Assembly: GCA_024137785.1 (NCBI GenBank)
Contig: JAHRHZ010000041.1
Coordinates: 5,469,052 to 5,533,051 of the forward strand
Length of the DNA: 64,000 bases
Source: Ginglymostoma cirratum
Lineage: Eukaryota
Direction of reading: 5' to 3'
This document shows positions 50,671 through 61,020 of this stretch, in pieces. A model generated the notes under the pieces. It saw nothing but the letters and a program-made list of their open reading frames with translations, ran no database searches and was not told the origin of the DNA. Within the stretch, counting starts at the first letter, position 1. Every line of letters begins with the position of its first letter. Made by a program: the position numbers and the translations under genes.

Positions 50671-51499
50671 GTCAGACTACAGAGTCACCTTGCCCCTTGG
50701 TTGCTTTCAGCCCCATGTCTATGATGGCATGGAGCAGGAACAGCTGACGACCTCCATGGGAATGGTTTGGAAATAATTCCGTTTAAAACAAAAAACAGAT
50801 TCGTCTGTTTCTGGCTCCCACTGCTGGGTAACAGTTGACCATTAACAGACAGATCAATGTCTGCCATTCCAGTCGACACAAAGCAGTGAGATCATTAAAT
50901 CAGAGATTATCAAGCTACTGGAGGCAGCACTCGGGATAGGAATTCCTGATTGTGGGAAGTTCCTGGTCATTCCCAGAGGACTGTGAAAATCCTTCTGTAG
51001 CACTCCCCCGTTGATGACCAGAATAATAAATTTAGACTATTTTTTGACCAGTCAATATATTCTGACTTCAACAATTCTAAACCTGCTGAAAAACTGTTCC
51101 AAAACTGTTCTTTTGGATTGTTCCTCGCAGTACAAGACTGAATTAATTTACTTCCTCGACACAAAATTACCCATACATCCTGCGCATGAAAACAGCCTTC
51201 ACTCACTCTTCTTCCAAGGAAGAAAGGCAGCAGTAGATGTTTTGAAGTGGCCAATTGACAACCACTATGTCTAAACCTCCATTTTCAGAGTTTCCCCTAC
51301 TCTTAGACTTACAAGGATCGTGGACAATAAAACACTGTACACCGTAATACATTCAGGACCTGTTAACCATATCAGTACAGACATTAGCTCCCAAGTTTTT
51401 ACAGCAGATGTTTCGTGGCATTGTTTAAAAGGAAACAAAGTCGGCAACAACGTTAATCTTGAGGGCAATTTTGACCTTACCCACCCAATGGAAACAGGG

Positions 51500-52210
51500 G
51501 ATTGGGTGCACAGGAAGAGGCCATTTAGTCTCTTGAGCCCTGAGGCTATTCAATAAGAACCCTTTCAAAAACTTCTGCCTGAACATAGCAGAACTCCAAT
51601 TAACTCCATAACTAATCAGAGTTAAACTAACTTTGTCTTTGCCTGCTCCATATCTTTTAATACCTTCAGTTAATAGAAATCTATCAAAAGTTAATATTAA
51701 CAATAGATGTAGCATTAATTTCCATTTGTGGAAGAGAATTCCAAACTTCAACCGCTCTTATGTGTTAACATGTTTCCTAATTTCTCTCCTGAAAGATCAG
51801 TCTCCCATTTTTTGACTATGCCCTAGGTTCACAACCAATGAAAAATAGCTTCTCTCTCTCAATGCTATCTGCTGCCCTTAATATCTTGAGAACTTTGATC
51901 AAGCCAGTCCTTAACCATCCAAATTCCTAGCCATGTTTGTGCAGGCTCTCCCTGTGATTTAACCTTTTGAGTCCAGGTATCCTTCTGGGAAATCTACACT
52001 GCCAGCTGCCCTAAGGTCAATATCTAACCGAGGGCACTGTGTCCAGAAAAGCTTACAGTGTCTCCAGGAGTAGTTTAACCACAACATCTAACCACTTGCA
52101 GTAAGCTCCTTGGGATACATAGGCCAACATTTTAAAAGCCTTTTCCATCATTTTCTGTCTTTGTTCATGACATTTTAATGATCTGTTCACCTGTATCTCC
52201 TCAAGATACC
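51500..52210 (-). mobile_element. Degenerate CR1 3' fragment
   Basis: DRFLLTEGIKRYG motif and a CR1-type 3' UTR. Confidence 0.65.
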
Positions 52211-53009
52211 CTAGTCTTGCACTGTTTGCTGGCTTTGTAGATCACCTGATTTTACTTCCAACTGAAGGCTGATTTTGAGAGAGATGTAAAACCAACATTG
52301 CACCCAATCCCTTGGGAATGCTGCCGAGTGGATTAGGTTAAAGTTACCCTCACCAGTGTGTTAGAAAGCCATGCAGCAATCAGCCCTATTGATACTGGAA
52401 GGTACAGTGTCGCTGCTCCATTGAAACATGCACCATTGATATCCCCAGTTAGAAATCACCACATTGATAGGAGACTTGGCATGATTTGTAGTGCAATATA
52501 CACAGCGATGGTGTGAAGCTTATGGTCTCGTTGGGTACTTCCGTATTTTCCAGTTACACTTATGTGTGATTTGGAGGTGGACGACATGCATGGCGAAGCT
52601 AGCATGGTTTCACAGCACAGCGGAATTATCTCAGCGCTCATGTTTCATGTGACGAGGCAATGGATCAAACACAGGGATGAGTCGGAAATATCCCACGAAG
52701 CACGGACACCAACAGTTCTCACCAGAGGCAGATCACTGTCAGCCTCCACCTTTGCTCACAGTTCCTGTGTTGGTTTAGTGCTGCCTGTGGAAAAAAACAG
52801 AAACGGCATTGGACCAAAACAATGCATGAACTTCAATCTTAATGTCAGGGATCTTGACAATTACAACAAAAATAATTCAACGTACATGCTCTCTTGCGCT
52901 CAACATTATGTGTCTTCTTCTGTGATAGGAGGGACAAGCAAGACTTGTATTGATATAGTGCCTTTCAGAGTAGTCTCCTATAAACAGCAACTGTCAATAT
53001 ATTGGAGAG

Positions 53010-53820
53010 TGGGGATTGGGTTATCAGTGACCAGGAACTGAACTGGACAAGTCAAATAATTACTGTGGTTACAAGAGCAGGTTAGAGGCTAAGAATTCTG
53101 CATTTCCTGACTCTCCAAAGCCTGTCCACATTCTACAAGGCACAAAGCAGGATTGTGATGGATTACCCCACCCCACTTGATGAGTGCAACTCTGAAAACG
53201 CTCAAGAAGTTTGACACCATCCAAAACAAAGCTGCCTGTTAGATGAGCACCACATCCAAAAACAATCATTCCCTCCACCACCAACACTCAATAGCAGCAG
53301 TGTGTGTACCATCTACAAGATGCACAGCAGAAATCCAACGAAGATCCTCAGACAGCACCTTCCAAAGCCAAGACCATTTCCATCTAGAAGGACAAGGACA
53401 GCAGATGCATGAGAACACCACCACCTTCAAGTTCTCCTCCAAGCCACTCACCATTCTGACTTGGAAATATATCGGCATTTCTTCATTATCGCTGGGTCAA
53501 ACTTAGAAATAAGAGTTCTTAGAACTTAGAAATAAGAACATAGAAATAAGAGTTTCCACTGAACCATAGCCAACATCTGTTTTTTCACTCATTTTTGTAT
53601 GCCCCTGGGGATGTGGACATCGCTGGCTGGTGTGAATACATCAGGAAAGAAAAATCCAGAATTTTGACCCAGCGACAGTGAAGGAATGGTGATATATTTC
53701 CAAGTCAGGATGGTGAGTGGCTCGGAGGGGATCTTGCAGGTGGTGGTGTTCCCATATATCTGCTGCCTTTATCCTCCCAGATGTAAGTGGTCATGGGTTT
53801 GGAAGGTGCTGTCTGAGGAA
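53010..53820. mobile_element. Two oppositely oriented fragments of the second CR1-clade family (53010-53501 +, 53655-53820 -)
   Basis: Homologous to 11100-11540 and inverted relative to each other. Confidence 0.8.
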
Positions 53821-53853
53821 GTATAAGCTAATACTTGATTCTGACAGAGAGCC

Positions 53854-54053
53854 TTACTTTTCATCTTCTTCCTGATTGCCTTCGCCGTCTGTTTTTCCCT
53901 CCTCTTCTGTTTTCTGATCTTCAGAATGATGATCTTGTTTCTTTTTCCTCCTCACACACTTCACAATGACTAATACCAGAATGACGATAGCCAGAAAGCC
54001 TCCGACTGACGCCCCTATAATCACAGCCACTGTGGAGTCACGCTCAGGGGGAA
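53854..54053 (-). CDS. SCN2B: Sodium channel beta-2 subunit, exon 4 (transmembrane helix, cytoplasmic tail, stop)
   Basis: Acceptor ttaccttgcAG. Translates (V)PPERDSTVAVIIGASVGGFLAIVILVLVIVKCVRRKKKQDHHSEDQKTEEEGKTDGEGNQEEDEK*, nearly identical to mammalian beta2. Confidence 0.97.
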
Positions 54054-54254
54054 CTGCAAGGTAAATATCACTGGGTGAGGGAAACGTTCCTACAAGGTAC
54101 AGAGGAAGTGTTGTGTCAAATGCACACATTTGGAGAAAACAAACACATCCAGGAACAAGAGGCTTTCTGTTACATGTTTAAATAAGAGCATTTTGACAGG
54201 GTTTTGTGATCAGCAGTAAGTCAGTTCAGAATTCCATCAGCGACAAACTGTACC

Positions 54255-54294
54255 AGAGTCCTGATGAAGGGTGTAAACTCGAAATGTCGACTTT
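54255..54294 (+). ncRNA. Minimal hammerhead ribozyme motif with 6-bp stem I and GNRA-capped stem II
   Basis: agagtc-CTGATGA-a-gggt(GTAA)actc-GAAA-t-GTC-gacttt. Confidence 0.7.
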
Positions 54295-54355
54295 CCTGCT
54301 CTTTTGATGCTGCTGACCTGCTGTGTCCCACCAGCTTCACACTGTGTTAACTCTG
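54257..54355 (+). mobile_element. 99-bp Penelope-like terminal fragment (hammerhead plus tail) in SCN2B intron 3
   Basis: TSD aactgtaccag 54246-54256 / aattgtaccag 54356-54366. Homologous to the pLTR ends elsewhere in the window. Confidence 0.8.
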
Positions 54356-55699
54356 AATTGTACCAGGTAGTCAGGTGTCATACTGGCTGTGGAAGGGACC
54401 TACCAGAAATCAACTGGAGCTCAATGTTTCTTTTATTAATGCACAGAAATCTGTAATATCTACCTTTTTAGCTTTATTTCTGACTTTCCTAACATATATC
54501 ACGTATCTGTAATGTAACTTTTTTTCTTCACTTTTTCTATTTTTTGTAGCTAAGATTTGTACCTAAGATAGCATCGTATGTTGGGGACATTATACACTTC
54601 CACTGTACTCTTGTTCTTTTGTAACTTGAGTACACATGAAAATAAACTTAAATTTTAACTCTAATTCTAATTCTAAAATCCCCATGATCCAATCGTTGCA
54701 TTTGAAGGTAGTGCTCACACACCCCCATGTTAACAGCACCAGCCACCCACTGAGATGGACAGACTACGACCAGCAAAACAAATATGGGAGCAAACACTGG
54801 AATTGAAGGTACATGCCATCTTGCATTTGTACAGCACCTTTGATATAGTAAGGGGGTGAGTTGGCTGAGACAGCTGGAGAGCGATGCAAGATAAAGCCGA
54901 AAGCACAGATTCAATCCTTGTACCAACCATGATAGTTCCTGGAGATCCTGCGTGTTCACTTCAGCCTGTGCAGTAGTTAGCCTCAATCTTTACGGAAACA
55001 GTGGTCTCTGCCTCTTTCTCTCTAATGGAGAAAGAGGCCTACAGTCCATTGTGGACTAAAGCTTCATGCTACTACCAATGTCCTGAGGTTTCAGTGAGCC
55101 ATGTAAGGAGATAGGAGGACAGAGGACCAAAAGCTTGGTCAAAAAGGTAGATTTTAAGGAATGCCCTCACAAAGGCTAAAGAGTTGGACATGCTTAAGGA
55201 AGGAATGCCAGCGTTTAGGCAACTGAAGGCACAACCTTGCCAGAGCGAAGGGTATAAGGAATACAGCAAAGGACAGGATCGTAGGGCTAAGACCTTGAAG
55301 GGTGACAGCGATGGAGAAGATTTCAGAGAAAAAGAGAGATAGAAAATCTGAGAATATTAAACAGGAGGCTTTGGCAGACAAGGATTAGGAAAATGAATAA
55401 GGAGGTGATGAGTGAACGGGACCTGATGAAAGTCAGGAAATGGGCAGCAGAGTTTTGGATGAGCTGAGGTTTACAAGGATGAGAGGTGGGGTTAAAAAGA
55501 AGGCCTGGAGAGCGCTGAATAGCTGTAGATGAAACTGGTTACATCCCAGTCAGAGAGACAAGACCTCTGCAGTCAGGGAGTGAGCCCAGCTTCAATCCCA
55601 GAGACAGCTTTCTCCTCCTCCTGCCAAACTTCAACAGTTCTGCTTCATGGAACAACTCACACCTTGTCAAGTAGGAGGTTCAAATTTATTTTAATTTTC

Positions 55700-55986
55700 A
55701 CATTGCAGAAAGAAGCCATTCAGCCCAGTGAGTCTGCACCAACCTTCTGAAGAGCATCCCACCCAGACCATGACCTTATCCCCATAATCCCACATTTCCC
55801 ATGGCTAATCCACCTAGCCTGCACATCCCTGGCCTGTGGGAGGAAATTGGAGCACCCGGAGGAAACCTGCACAGACACAGGGAGAATATGCAAACTCCAC
55901 ACAGACAGTCATCCGAGGCTGGAATCGAACCCAGATCCCTGGCACTGTGAGGCAGCAGTGTTAACCACTGAGCTACCATGCTGACC
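55700..55986 (-). mobile_element. HE1-type V-SINE
   Basis: Homologous to 9589-9904. Confidence 0.85.
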
Positions 55987-56226
55987 TTCTTTGTTGTCTC
56001 TTCGAGAATCATATAACCACTTCTAAATCTGCATTAAATCCAAAATTTTGTTTATACAGATGGTTAGTCAGCGGTGGGGGGGACAATACTGAAAATGCAA
56101 CACAGAAGAGCAGAAAGTATTACTGCAAAGAGAGAAAATGTAATGGACAGTAACAGAAAGGGGATGTGCAGGCAAGTCAAAGATGGGACAGAAAGTGATG
56201 GAGACGACAACATTATTTTACAATAC

Positions 56227-56437
56227 CTTCTGTGACCACTCGCAGGTGGATTAATCCCCACCCGTTATGTCTGTCAGGTGGATTTAACACAGAACAGTTG
56301 TAAAAGCCTTCATCACTGAGCTGGATGTCGTGAATTGTGATAGAGACATCGTTCCTTTTGAGGTTCCCTGACCACTCCACCCTGCCTGCAAAGCGGTCAT
56401 CTCTGGGGATAATAACCTTGCGCCGGAACTGGACAAG
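56227..56437 (-). CDS. SCN2B: Sodium channel beta-2 subunit, exon 3
   Basis: Not in the ORF track. Acceptor caaccctatAG and donor G|GTATTG, 211 nt. Translates LVQFRRKVIIPRDDRFAGRVEWSGNLKRNDVSITIHDIQLSDEGFYNCSVLNPPDRHNGWGLIHLRVVTE, with the beta2 DEGxYNC and NPPDRH motifs. Confidence 0.96.
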
Positions 56438-57149
56438 CTATAGGGTTGTGGGGGAAAGAAAAGAGAAAAAGGTAAATGGTTGTGTGGGAGCTTTTGTCAA
56501 TTCATCTCCACTGGAAGTCTTTTCTTGACCCAAAAACTCTGCCTGAACTCATCCAAAACACTGTAACCAGTACGCTAAAATATACATCAATTCCCACTCA
56601 ACCATGATCCCTGTGCCTTCAAAGAGAAATATGCATGGAGTTTTGCATGACTGGGAGCCAATGTGAAAATTCTCATCCTTGTCATCAAATTCCTCCATGG
56701 CCTCACACTTCCAAACTCTGCAATAAACTTCAGTCCTACAAACTTCTGAGATCTTGGTGCTTCCAATCTGTCATTCACAATTTTCACAGTATCACCATTG
56801 GCAGACGCTGAGACCCGAGTCTCTAGAATTTATTTCCCAACGTTCTCTGCTTCTCCAGCTCCTGCTGCCCTTCTAAGGAATGTTCCCGAAAGCTTATTAC
56901 CTTCAAGCTATTGGTCAACGGCCCTAATGACTCTCTACGTGGCTCACGGCTGAATCTTGTTTTATTCCAATGAAAAGTCCACAAAAAGTATTCGTCTCTG
57001 TTGATAACACTGTATAAATGCAAATTGCTGTTGCTAAGGGAGACTTTATGGTCTGCCCCAAGATCTGCTAATAGCAGACTACAGCCACCAGGAAAATCAC
57101 AGCACCCCTTCATGGGTTGATGCAGTTTGGTACAAAGAACATGCAGAGA

Positions 57150-57870
57150 CAGCAAAAGGCAAAGGGTACTAATCTAAAGTGTACGCAGGAGCAGAGAGAC
57201 TTGGGTGTACGTATACATATGTTAGTAAAGGTGGTAGGGCAGGTAGAGAGAGCTGGTTAAAGCACGCTGTAAGCAGTCTTCGTTAATATGGGCATAAAGT
57301 ACATGACCAGGGAGGCTATGACGAAAGTATGTTAGACAATGGTTACACATCAGATGGAGTATACTGTATACTTCTGGGTGCTACACTTTAGGAAGCATTT
57401 AAATACATAGGATAGAGCACAGAAGATGTTTATGAGAATGGTTCCAGGAGCGAGACCGTTGGGACTGTTTTCCCTAGATAGGAGAAGGTTAAGGTGAGAT
57501 CAAATTGAAGTTTCCAAAACCACAAGTAGTTTGTGCAGAGTGGTTAGGGAAAACATGTTCCTGCTTGTCATGGAGCAAGAAGCAAAGGGCACAGTTTTAA
57601 AGTGCTTTGCAGAAGAAGCAAATATGAGGTGAGAAAAAAAAAACTCAGCCAGCGAGTAGTTAGAGTGTGGAATGCACTGCCTGGAAGTGTGGTGGAGGCA
57701 GGTTCAATTGAGGCATTCAAGAGGGGTATTAAACGATTATTTAAATAGAAACAAAATCCAGGGTTATGGGAGAAAAGGCAGGAGGCTGGCATTGTTAAAA
57801 GCTTAAAATGCAACTGTACACACTATGGGCTGAATAGCCTTCTTTGGAGTTGTAACAATTTTGTGACATA
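57150..57870 (+). mobile_element. Degenerate CR1 3' fragment
   Basis: gtgtggaatgcactgcctgg...gaggcattcaag motif as in the other copies. Confidence 0.7.
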
Positions 57871-57939
57871 TTTGTGTCACTGTATCCATCTAACTAGACT
57901 ATCCTGGCTGGTCTTAAACGTGGTGTTCACAGTCATTAT

Positions 57940-59230
57940 CAAGAACTTGCATTTATACAGTGCTTTTAAGGCAGCAAATACAACTCTTTGTGCTTTACAG
58001 GGGCATGATCAAAGTAAACTTGATCCCAAGGCAAGGAAGAAGATAATGTGAAGAAGATAACCAAAAGCTTGACCAAAGAGGCGACGAGAAACCAGCCTAA
58101 AAGGTGGAGACATTAGGGATGGAATTCCACAGCTTTGAGTCTGGGCAGTTGAAGGCACAGCTGTCTGTGAATATCTGAAAGTGAGGCGTGCACAAAATGA
58201 GGCTGGAATTGAAGGAGCACAGAGATCTCAAGGATGCAACTTTGGGAAGGGATGTGGTATGAAGAGACGTGAACATTAAGATGGGAATTTTAAAATTGAT
58301 CAGAGGCCGAATCAGGAGCCAAGTTAGTCAGAGATGAATAATGAATGCCAGTTTAAAAAATAAATTATGTTTTGGATGGGCTTAGATTTACAAAAGGTGA
58401 AGTGTGGGAAGGCTAACGTTTGGAATAGTTGAGTTCGGAAGTTACAAAAGTGAGGGTCGACAATTTCAGTATTAGATGAGCTAAGACAGGTGCAGACAGA
58501 TGACACAAGGAAGGTGAGGGTAGTGGTCTTTGTGATGAAGAGGATTTGAGTAGGTGGACCGCAAAGGACACGGAGCTTGTGAATAGCCTCAGGTGAGGGA
58601 CAGAGACAATCACTTCGCTCTTTCTGATGCTTATTAATAGGAAAATCTGGCTCATTCTTGACTGGATGTTGGACAAGAAGTCTGACAAATCAGTGATTTC
58701 GAGAGTGGGGATGAAACAGAACTCAGCGTTTCCAGTGTAAACATGGAACTGGATGGTGTATTTTCAGATTATTTTACTGAAGGACAGCATGTAGATGATG
58801 AATAGGAGAGCGACAAGGTTGGATCTTTGTGCAGCTCTGGGAAAAGCACTGCGAGAGTGGGAGGAGGAACTGTTACAGGAGATGGTGTGACTACATAAAA
58901 TTATGGTATGGTTATGCAGCTGAACCCACTGTAGGCCACTCCCTCATAGTGGATGACAGAGGCGGCTTGCTGGAGGATTGTGTGGTGCAAAGCTGTAGAC
59001 AGGTCAACTAAGAGAGAGAGGAATAGTTTACCATGGTCACAGGAATATCGGATATGATTTGTGACGTTGTAAAGAGCAGTTGCATGGCTACCACAAGTGA
59101 CAGAAACTGGATGGAGAGAGCAACACAGGGAATTGAGAGAAATGGGCATGGATATGTGAGGCACAAACATCTTCAAGGAATTTGGGGAGCCAAGGAAGTC
59201 TGGAGATGGGTTGATACCCAAGGAGACACT
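57940..59230 (-). mobile_element. L2-like LINE 3' remnant (related short fragments at ~22180-22520, ~32990-33330, ~55080-55500, ~56640-57030)
   Basis: LVDLSTALHHTILQ (cf. LDLSAAFDTVDH) and a recurring L2-type 3' end. Confidence 0.6.
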
Positions 59231-59294
59231 CTTCCAAAATGAAAATACCTTCCATCTGCCAAATAAATTATACAGCAAAGAGCAAATCACTTAC

Positions 59295-59461
59295 CACATC
59301 TTCAGTGCAGTTGTCACATTCAGAGTAGGTCCAATTTAAGGAGAATTGCTTTTCACTCACGTCATAACAGGAGTTGAAGGTGCAGCTCAGTTTGGCTGAT
59401 GTACCATTCAGCCCAATGACGTAAGGTGATACCATAACTTCCATAGCAGAGCCAAGGTGGA
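59295..59461 (-). CDS. SCN2B: Sodium channel beta-2 subunit, exon 2
   Basis: Acceptor ctctttttAG and donor GTG|GTAAGT, 167 nt. Translates HLGSAMEVMVSPYVIGLNGTSAKLSCTFNSCYDVSEKQFSLNWTYSECDNCTEDV, matching beta2 MEV...CTFNSCY...KQFSLNWTYQECNNC. Confidence 0.96.
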
Positions 59462-59898
59462 CTAAAAAGAGTGGGGAGGGTGTGAGAAAGAGATTGTCAG
59501 AAGCCAAAGCATTGGGAATTATGGACTGTTCCATAGCTGTAAAATACAGACAGTTTCTTCAATAATGAAAAAGGAATTGGAAGTCCACTATTACAATTAT
59601 GTAGCCTGAGTGTCCTCTCAAATTGGGAGGAGCAAAAGTTTAATTAAGTACCTCAATTAAACTCATATCAACAACTGGGCCTAAAACCTAAGACACCTAA
59701 TTACCTCCACAGGACTGAACTGTTAAGGAGAACAGAGACCAACAAAGACATGTCTCACTCTCTCAACGTGTAACCTCAAACAATACAGTCAGGGAGAATC
59801 AGACATCACTACCAACCCCCAAGCTCAGTCCTGGTGCAGGGGAGGTTGACAGCTAGCCTCCTCCTCACCAAAACTCACAAGGACAACACTCACATTTC

Positions 59899-60495
59899 TA
59901 CTGCATCCACCGCTCCCGATGTGGCCTCCTCTACGTTGGTGAGACCAAGCAGAGGCCCGTCTACTGCTTTGTAGAGCACCTGTGCTCGGTTCGCGACAAA
60001 CAACACCTTCCAGTCACGAACCACTTCAACTCCCCCTCCCACTCCCTGGATGACATGTCCATTCTGGGCCTCCTCCAGTGTCACAATGACACCATCCACA
60101 AACTGGAGGACCTCCTATTCCTCCTTGGATGCCTACAACCCAAGGGTCTCAATGTGGACTTTACTAGTTTCAAGATCTCCCACCCCCAGCCTCATCCCAT
60201 GACCAACCCTCCCTCTCATCCCCGCCTCCTTGACTTGACACAACCCGTCCATCGTCTCTCCCACCTATCCGCTCTTCCCACCTCACTGACCGATCCCCAC
60301 CACTGTCTACCTGCACTCACCTATCACCATCCCACCTACCTTTCCCAGCCCCACCCCTCCTCTCTTGATTTATTTCAGAGCACCCTTCCCCCCTCCCCCA
60401 TTTCTGAAGAAAGATCCTGACCCAAAAAGTCAGCTTTCCTGCTGCTCTGGTGCTGCCTGGCCTGCTGTGTTCGTCCAGCTCCAACACTGTGTTAT
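59899..60495 (+). mobile_element. 5'-truncated Penelope-like element (GIY-YIG plus pLTR)
   Basis: CGLLYVGETKQR...EHL...SILGLLQCHND homology. 12-bp TSD cactcacatttc 59887-59898 / 60496-60507. Confidence 0.88.
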
Positions 60496-60719
60496 CACTC
60501 ACATTTCCAATATTAGTCCACTCAGCACGAGGCCAACAACGTGTATTTGTGTGGCACTGTAAAAATAAAAATCCAGAAGCCCTTCACTGGAGTGATTATC
60601 ACTAAACAAAAGTGAACACGGAGCTGAATAAAGAGAGATGAACTAATGTCTGGCTGCAGGAAGAGCTTGAAGCAACTTTAAAAGCTAAGAAAGGGTTTGA
60701 GCAAGGCTCAAAGGGATGA

Positions 60720-61020
60720 CGGGATGGCCTAGTGGCATTATCACTCAGCTGTTAATCCAGACACCCAGGTATGTTTTGGGGACCAGGGTTTGAATGCCAC
60801 CACAGCAAATGGTGGATTTTGAATTCAAACAAATATCTGGAATCAATGGTGACTGTAAATCCATTGTTGGAAAAAGGCATCAAGAAAGGAAATCTGCTGT
60901 CCTTACCTGGTCTGGCCGACAGACCTACAGCAATGTGGTTGACTCTTAACTTCCCTCTGGGCAATTAGGGATGGGCGTAAATGCTGGCCTAGCCAGTGAT
61001 ACCCTCATCCTGTGAATGAA
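60720..61020 (+). mobile_element. tRNA-derived SINE family B (other copies ~5850-6150 +, 33390-33630 -, 37430-38040 -, 38520-38830 +, 44305-44545 -, 62975-63338 -)
   Basis: Shared core gcaatgtggttgactcttaactgccctctgggcaattagggatggg and A/B-box-like head. Confidence 0.75.

Noticed and set aside
49948-50776. Pro/Ser-rich ORFs (also 14401-14772 and 1400-1758)
   Set aside because: Translations of minisatellite or low-complexity DNA with no splice or domain support.
52562-53041. 159-aa plus-strand ORF
   Set aside because: No recognisable domain, antisense to the probable SCN2B 3' UTR, and running into a LINE fragment.
59705-59751. SCN2B exon 1 candidate (MSLLVSVLLNSSVLW)
   Set aside because: The donor is phase 2 while exon 2 needs phase 1, and there is no resemblance to beta2 leaders. 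Exon 1 is probably outside the window.
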